Source: an uncultured bacterium
GTDB lineage: Bacteria; CSSED10-310
Length of the DNA stretch: 64,000 nt
NCBI GenBank assembly: GCA_964404285.1
Contig: CAYOJK010000003.1
Location: 69,511-133,510, forward strand
Direction: 5' to 3'
Shown here: positions 58,216 to 64,000 of the stretch, piece by piece
How positions within the stretch are numbered: position 1 is the stretch's first letter
Layout of the letters: every line of letters starts with the position of its first letter
Made by a program: the position numbers and the translations under genes
Notes under the pieces: model-generated
What the model saw: the letters and a program-made list of their open reading frames with translations, nothing else
What the model was told of the DNA's origin: nothing
Databases searched by the model: none

Positions 58216-61200
58216 ATGAAATCTAAAGATCATTGGACAGAGGCCGGGAAAATCAGACGACGTAACTGGCTTCTGGTTCTCCTGTTTTTCTTAGGATTAG
58301 GCTTGAGATTGCATGGATTCAATTGGGGATTACCGCATCACTTTCATCCGGATGAACGTCAAATTGTCGATTTTCAAGCCCCCAAGGTACGCCTTGATAT
58401 CCTTAATCCTAAAAAATCACTCCCGCTATTGGTCAAAGGTGATTGGAAACAGCTCGATACGATGCTTTCCGGTATGAACACCAAGTTTTTCGCCTACGGA
58501 CCCCTGCCCATGTACACGTTGGTCATCGCTGTTGAAACACAGGATTGGATTAATAATCATGTGCGATCTTTTTCCGCCAATCAATCTTGGATATCTTTAG
58601 AGACTCATTTGAAGATAAATAATTGGTTTCCTCCATTAAAAGATGGTAGGGGGCGAATTATCATGGGTCGGATTTTAGCGGCGCTATTTTCAGCTTTTAC
58701 GATCTTGATTGTATTTCGGCTGGGAAAATACATGTACAATGTCAAAATCGGATATTTAGCTGCCGCGTTTTTTACATTCACTGTGCTATCTATTCAACAA
58801 GCACATTTTATGATTGTCGATGGCCCGCAGACATTTCTTGTTGCATGCGCAATGTATTACCTTGTACGAATAGCCATGGGTGACCGCCGACGTGACTACT
58901 ATTTATCCGGTATTTTTATCGGCCTAGCAATGGCGACTAAATTCAGCACTTCTCCAATAGCGCTCTCATATATATTGGCTCAGCTTCTATCGATGACGCT
59001 GGGCCGTCGTCGGGACAAAGCCTACTGGATTCACTGGATAGCAGGTGGAATTACCGCATTAGTGGTCATGACTATAGTCATGCCTTTTTGGATACTCGAT
59101 TCTCAAACGTTTTTCCGAGATATTACCGCTCAAAGCAATATGGTCACCGGTATCGCTGATTTGCCTTATACCATTCAGTTCGAACACACGATGCCGATAG
59201 TGTACATGCTTCAAAACCTAGTGTTATGGTCATTGGGATTGCCATTGGGTTTGGCAGCTCTTATTGGTTTAATTGCCGCAATTAGAAGAATCTGGAAAAA
59301 TCCTGAAGATCTGGGAAATATCGTTATTTTGTCATTTATTCTGCCACTAATGTATTTTAATGGAACATTTTTCGCCAAGTTTCTCAGATACACACTGGTT
59401 ACTATACCATTTCTAACTTTGTTTGCCGCCCGTTTGCTGCTCACCATGAAATCCTGGGCAGGGCGACGCTGGGAAAGAATAGCGACACTAGCGGTTATGA
59501 TTGGAACAATTCTTTGGGCAACAGCTTTTCAGACGATTTATTTGAAGCCGCATACTCGAATTCAAGCATCAGATTGGATATATGAGAACATTCCCGCTGG
59601 TAAAAACATTGTCCTGGAAAGCTCCTGGGATGATTCGGTGCCGGTATCAACTGAAAAAGGAACCCCAAGGATTTACAGCAGCAAACAAATGGGTGTCTAC
59701 AAGGAACCGGACAACCAGCTCCGTGCCAAGGCTATGGCAGAAATTTTGGAATGGGGGGATGTGGTCGTCCTGGCCTCTCGAAGACATTATGGATCAGTCA
59801 CTCGAGTTCCGAATCGCTATCCGGTATCTACTAATTTTTACAAACTTCTTTTTAATGAAAAACTGGGATATCAACATGTTAAAACGTTCGACAACCCTCC
59901 TGCATTGGGTCGACTGAAATTTAGAGATGATTTGGCTGATGAGAGCTTTAGAGTCTATGAACACCCTCGAGTCGATATTTTTGTCAAAGAATCAGGAATT
60001 TCAGCAAGTGGAATCGAAGCTCTTTTAATGGCGCCTCCGTCTGATGTTGTCGACATGAGCTACACGGAACTGCTGACCCGAAGACCTGCTACAGAGCTAG
60101 GATCACACGTTAATTATCCGATTATAAAATGGCTGTTGGCTATCTATATATTGGGATTCATTTGTATCCCTTTTGCCTATGTTATCTTTTCCAAATTTGA
60201 GCACAAAGGGTATCCATTTACCAAGTTAATGGGTTTGTTGATTGTTGGCTATTTTTCTTGGTTGATACCTAGCGCTCAATGGCTGCCTTTCTCTAGAACT
60301 TTGATCATTGCTGTAATGATTTTATTAGGATGGGCTGCCTATGTTACGTTTACAAAGCATTATACAGGAATTGCCAAATTTGTTCGTGAACGATGCTGGA
60401 GTATTGCCGGATATGAAATTTTGTTCTTAATAATATTTTGCTTATTTGGACTACTGAAAAGTTATAATCCGAACATTTACTGGAGTGAAAGCTCCATGGA
60501 TTTCGGCTTTTTAAACGCTGTTCTCAGAGCTGAATATTTTCCACCTGAGGATCCATGGATCCAGGGTCAGGGCATTAATTATTATTATTATGGACACTAT
60601 CTAGCAGGTTTTTTAACTAAGTTGACCGGCATAGAAGCTCATTACGGATACAATCTGTTTTTTATTACCATTCCCTCTTTAGTAGCGTTAAGTGTAGCCG
60701 CAATTCTTCTAGCCTTGACGCGACGTGTATGGGTTGCGTTAATAGGAGTTGTATTCTCCATTTTAATTGGAAACCTGGACGGATTGCCACAAATGGCCAA
60801 TATATGGGTTCGAAATTCACGCGGAACTAACACCTATCGCTTTGCAACCTTTTTTCAGACCATTATCGGTCAGGTTTTTAATCTTGGAAGACAAGACAAT
60901 CATTTTCGTTTTTTCCGTTCGGCACATGAACTCATACGACCAACGGTTCATGAATTTCCTTTTTGGAGTTATAACTTCATGGACCTTCATGCACACACTC
61001 TTGCGACAATGTTAACCGTGTTCTTCCTGGCGCTTCAATTAGTACTTTTACGAAATGAAAAAAATGGGATCAATTTGTTTGGTGATACCAAAACTGGCCG
61101 AGCCATGACCTTAGGGATTTTGTGGATAACATTTGGAGCGATGATCTCGACAAATTCATGGGATATACCGATACAGGTGATCTTGATGCTTTTAATATCT

Positions 61201-63990
61201 TTGTGGGTGATGGTTTATGTATCACGTCACCCTACCTATAGTATCAAAACCCAGCGCATTCCATCAGCGCCTTATCTGGATACACACGCCCAATCAGAAG
61301 ATTCCCTTTCCACTGAAAAACAGATCGATCAAAGCGAACAGATTCAATCTGGTGATGATTTAACAGTGACATTTTCAGAAATGTCCGTATCAGAGCCTGA
61401 CTCGTCAGAGTTACTGGACAGTGACACCAGAATTATCAATATAGAAGATCTATCAGATCCTGAACAAGAAAATGAAATTGAACCTCAAATTAAAGGAATA
61501 GATCAGCAAACTGAATCGGTTAATCAATCGAGTAATATGGCCGACCAGGTTTTCAAATCAGTAAACAAAGAAACGGAAGCGCATACATTTGAAGAGATAG
61601 AGTCAAAAGAGGTGTCTCTAAATGATGGTGATTCTGATAACACTGAACTGTCAAAACCGTTTTTGGATCGTTTGATCACTTGGGTGGACAATGGAATCAA
61701 ATGGGTGGCAACAGAGATATTTTTGACGCTATCATTTCTATGGAAACTTTTGTGGCCTTTAGCAGCGGTAATTGTTGGCGGCGTCGTTCTGCATTTACCT
61801 TTTCTAAATACATTTCACCGAGCAGGCATGGGTATAGGAACGCTATGGAAATACCGGCAGACAACCAATTTGGATGGTTTTCTAACCATGTTTGGATTCT
61901 TTATATTTATCTTTATCACACAATTTATCCTATGGTGGTGGAAAATACAGAAAGATAAAGGCCGCTCAACCGTTCAGATTTTATTCATCCTGGTAGCGGT
62001 TGTTACGATTTTGGCCCTGGTTTGGTATGGCCTTCTGACAATTCCAACGCGAAGTATCGATCATGCTGTTTTGCTGATAAGCATTTTTATCATTTACCTC
62101 CTTGGTTCCATTATTCTTGAAGGGCAGCCTGATGCCAATGAGGTGTTCCCATTGCTTCTGGCATTAGGTGCAGTCGGTATTACTGCCGGGTGTGAACTGG
62201 TATTTATAAAAGATTTCTACCACGGCAGCGATATGCGTCGATTCAATACGATTTTCAAGTTTTATATGCAAGCTTGGTTCATGTTTGCCCTTGTCTCAGC
62301 ATATTTAATGGCAAGACGATCACGTATTCGACATCGAGCTTATAAAAAGGCATCAACGAAATTTTTTGTTCAACTTGGATCCTGGGGATGGAGCATCGTA
62401 TTCCTGTTTCTATTTGGCGGATCCTTGATTTTTACATTTTGGGGAGTTTATGCACGTCATCATAATGGTGATTTTCAACAAGGCTTCAACTTTCCACCTG
62501 GCAGTCGAAGCCAATTAAAGGAACTTCCGTTAACGCTCGATGGTTGGGCATATATGAAAAAAGGGTATAGGCCTGTCAGCGAATATCGTGCGATTGATTG
62601 GTTGCAAAAGCACGTCAAGGGCACACCTGTTATTCTTGAAGCAAGTGGAGCTGACTATCTTTACCAATATGGAAATATTTCCGGTAATACCGGGCTGCCA
62701 ACAGTATTGGGCTGGTGGAGTCATGTCGATCAGCGAGAGTACTTGGTTCGAAAGGCTCGTGGAAAAGGGGAACGTGATAGACCTATTGATACCGGCAAAA
62801 TAAAGCGCGATATCGTCACGATGTATAGTAGTGTTGATATTCCAAAAGTCCTGAGTCTTCTAGGCCAATACCGGGTACGATATATTTTCGTTGGACCAAC
62901 CGAAAAAGCAGAATATGAATCACTTGGGTTGGAAAAGTTTAAAGAGATGACAACGTTTTTGACGCCTGTGTATTCCAATTCTGAAGTTGTAATATACGAA
63001 GTTCACGATTATGGACAAAGTGTTGATTTGGCTACGGCTATACAAGACAACACAGCGCTGAAAAGATTGCAGCAAGAAATGGCTGAGCGTGAAGAACAAG
63101 AACGTCTAAAGAAGATCGAAGCAGAACAAGAACAACAGCGGCGCATAATCAATATGCCGGCTCGAACGCTTTTCAAAGGATCCAAAGGCATTGGACGAGG
63201 TATGTACGAAGAGCCACGATCACAATCTGTTGCACCGGATGGTTCGATATATATTGCAGATTTTCGTAATCATCGCATCCAAAAATTTAATGCTGAAGGT
63301 GAATGGCAGTTGATGTGGGGCTCAACCGGAAATATGCCAGGGCAATTTAACGATATTTGCGATGTCGCAGCTAACTCACAATATGTTTATGTTCTGGATA
63401 CCTTCAACAATCGTATACAGATGTACTCGCATCAAGGTAGCTTTATTAGACTAATTGTGCCTGGTGATTACTCTATTTCGCACCCACGAGGAATTGCTGC
63501 CGATGAAGATTATATTTTCCTGTCCGATACAGGGAATTCTAGAATCATTCGAATGAATGCGTCAGGAGCCGACCCGATGCTGATCGGTAAAAGCGGTAAA
63601 GGCCAACTGCAATTTGGACACCCTGTTGGCATAGATATCAAGGGTGATGAAGTTTTTATTGTTGATACCCAAAACCAGCGTATTCAGGTAATCTCCAAGG
63701 ACGGTGCATATCTTCGCGAGTTCCCGGTTGAAGGTTGGGTAGCTGAAGTCTATAACGAACCTTATGTTGTCGTTGCATCGGATGGAACACTTTATTATTC
63801 AGATCCTTCTAAAGGTCAGGTAACTCAAATCGATCAAGATGGAAAAATTCTGAAACGTATCCGTAACAGTATCGATGGCAACTCATTATCGCTTCCTATG
63901 GGATTGGGCATAATGCCTAACGGGGATGTTTTCGTTGTGGATGCTGGAAATCATGCGGTTGTAAAAATATTTTCTCAGCATGAAGAATGA
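58216..63990 (+). CDS. Giant (1924 aa) fusion: PMT_2/GT-C-like membrane domain, YYY (DUF2298) membrane domain split by an acidic disordered linker, coiled coil, and a C-terminal NHL-repeat beta-propeller
   Basis: N-terminus GLRLHGFNWGLPHHFHPDERQIV. Mid-protein EYFPPEDPWIQGQGINYYYYGHYLAGF and EFPFWSYNFMDLHAHT. Acidic low-complexity segment at about aa 1010-1140. The C-terminal NHL repeats (SIYIADFRNHRIQKFN...) are paralogous to ORF 52803-55760. Confidence 0.65.
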   Translation: MKSKDHWTEAGKIRRRNWLLVLLFFLGLGLRLHGFNWGLPHHFHPDERQIVDFQAPKVRLDILNPKKSLPLLVKGDWKQLDTMLSGMNTKFFAYGPLPMYTLVIAVETQDWINNHVRSFSANQSWISLETHLKINNWFPPLKDGRGRIIMGRILAALFSAFTILIVFRLGKYMYNVKIGYLAAAFFTFTVLSIQQAHFMIVDGPQTFLVACAMYYLVRIAMGDRRRDYYLSGIFIGLAMATKFSTSPIALSYILAQLLSMTLGRRRDKAYWIHWIAGGITALVVMTIVMPFWILDSQTFFRDITAQSNMVTGIADLPYTIQFEHTMPIVYMLQNLVLWSLGLPLGLAALIGLIAAIRRIWKNPEDLGNIVILSFILPLMYFNGTFFAKFLRYTLVTIPFLTLFAARLLLTMKSWAGRRWERIATLAVMIGTILWATAFQTIYLKPHTRIQASDWIYENIPAGKNIVLESSWDDSVPVSTEKGTPRIYSSKQMGVYKEPDNQLRAKAMAEILEWGDVVVLASRRHYGSVTRVPNRYPVSTNFYKLLFNEKLGYQHVKTFDNPPALGRLKFRDDLADESFRVYEHPRVDIFVKESGISASGIEALLMAPPSDVVDMSYTELLTRRPATELGSHVNYPIIKWLLAIYILGFICIPFAYVIFSKFEHKGYPFTKLMGLLIVGYFSWLIPSAQWLPFSRTLIIAVMILLGWAAYVTFTKHYTGIAKFVRERCWSIAGYEILFLIIFCLFGLLKSYNPNIYWSESSMDFGFLNAVLRAEYFPPEDPWIQGQGINYYYYGHYLAGFLTKLTGIEAHYGYNLFFITIPSLVALSVAAILLALTRRVWVALIGVVFSILIGNLDGLPQMANIWVRNSRGTNTYRFATFFQTIIGQVFNLGRQDNHFRFFRSAHELIRPTVHEFPFWSYNFMDLHAHTLATMLTVFFLALQLVLLRNEKNGINLFGDTKTGRAMTLGILWITFGAMISTNSWDIPIQVILMLLISLWVMVYVSRHPTYSIKTQRIPSAPYLDTHAQSEDSLSTEKQIDQSEQIQSGDDLTVTFSEMSVSEPDSSELLDSDTRIINIEDLSDPEQENEIEPQIKGIDQQTESVNQSSNMADQVFKSVNKETEAHTFEEIESKEVSLNDGDSDNTELSKPFLDRLITWVDNGIKWVATEIFLTLSFLWKLLWPLAAVIVGGVVLHLPFLNTFHRAGMGIGTLWKYRQTTNLDGFLTMFGFFIFIFITQFILWWWKIQKDKGRSTVQILFILVAVVTILALVWYGLLTIPTRSIDHAVLLISIFIIYLLGSIILEGQPDANEVFPLLLALGAVGITAGCELVFIKDFYHGSDMRRFNTIFKFYMQAWFMFALVSAYLMARRSRIRHRAYKKASTKFFVQLGSWGWSIVFLFLFGGSLIFTFWGVYARHHNGDFQQGFNFPPGSRSQLKELPLTLDGWAYMKKGYRPVSEYRAIDWLQKHVKGTPVILEASGADYLYQYGNISGNTGLPTVLGWWSHVDQREYLVRKARGKGERDRPIDTGKIKRDIVTMYSSVDIPKVLSLLGQYRVRYIFVGPTEKAEYESLGLEKFKEMTTFLTPVYSNSEVVIYEVHDYGQSVDLATAIQDNTALKRLQQEMAEREEQERLKKIEAEQEQQRRIINMPARTLFKGSKGIGRGMYEEPRSQSVAPDGSIYIADFRNHRIQKFNAEGEWQLMWGSTGNMPGQFNDICDVAANSQYVYVLDTFNNRIQMYSHQGSFIRLIVPGDYSISHPRGIAADEDYIFLSDTGNSRIIRMNASGADPMLIGKSGKGQLQFGHPVGIDIKGDEVFIVDTQNQRIQVISKDGAYLREFPVEGWVAEVYNEPYVVVASDGTLYYSDPSKGQVTQIDQDGKILKRIRNSIDGNSLSLPMGLGIMPNGDVFVVDAGNHAVVKIFSQHEE

Positions 63991-64000
63991 CAGAGAATAA

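Noticed and set aside
61260-61680. Acidic low-complexity stretch in ORF 58216-63990 as a DNA-level tandem repeat
   Set aside because: The amino-acid composition is biased, but no exact nucleotide tandem repeat is present. It is interpreted as a disordered protein linker.

Overview
This 64 kb window is a chromosomal segment of a diderm (LPS-containing) bacterium with about 40% GC. A short, region-1.1-less sigma-70 and the gene content suggest an FCB-group or candidate-phylum organism. Coding is dense on both strands, and no transposase, integrase, CRISPR array or phage genes were seen.

Core content, in order:
- An outer-membrane biogenesis cluster: clpA/B/C 3' fragment, bamA, skp, lpxD, lpxA. 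It is followed by small lipoproteins.
- One secreted protein that fuses a peptidase-MA domain, a PD40 propeller and an Omp85 barrel.
- murC/mpl, operonic with a split pair of ArsA/GET3-like ATPases.
- sucCD plus a four-subunit 2-oxoacid:ferredoxin oxidoreductase (korDABG).
- A secreted two-HKD PLD-family protein.
- A glycosylation-type cluster: a GT-C/PMT_2-like protein with TPRs, two paralogous GT-B-like proteins (one fused to GT2), and a SAM methyltransferase.
- An envelope block: a TPR/Zn-ribbon membrane protein, a DUF4388–TM–pseudopilin-like fusion, and an SPFH lipoprotein.
- Housekeeping genes: yjbQ, a MerR regulator, a sigma-70 factor, a PfkB kinase, lon, tmk, ricT, murF, a membrane spermidine-synthase-like protein, an amidase, rdgB.
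- A five-tRNA cluster (Pro-Arg-His-Arg-Leu), then tig-clpP-engB, larB and folD.
- At the 3' end, about 13.5 kb encoding four giant polytopic membrane proteins. They combine PMT_2/GT-C-like and YYY (DUF2298/TIGR03662-like) domains with C-terminal NHL beta-propellers, including one 1924-aa fusion.

The most unusual items are the giant YYY/GT-C/NHL membrane protein family and the peptidase–propeller–Omp85 fusion.
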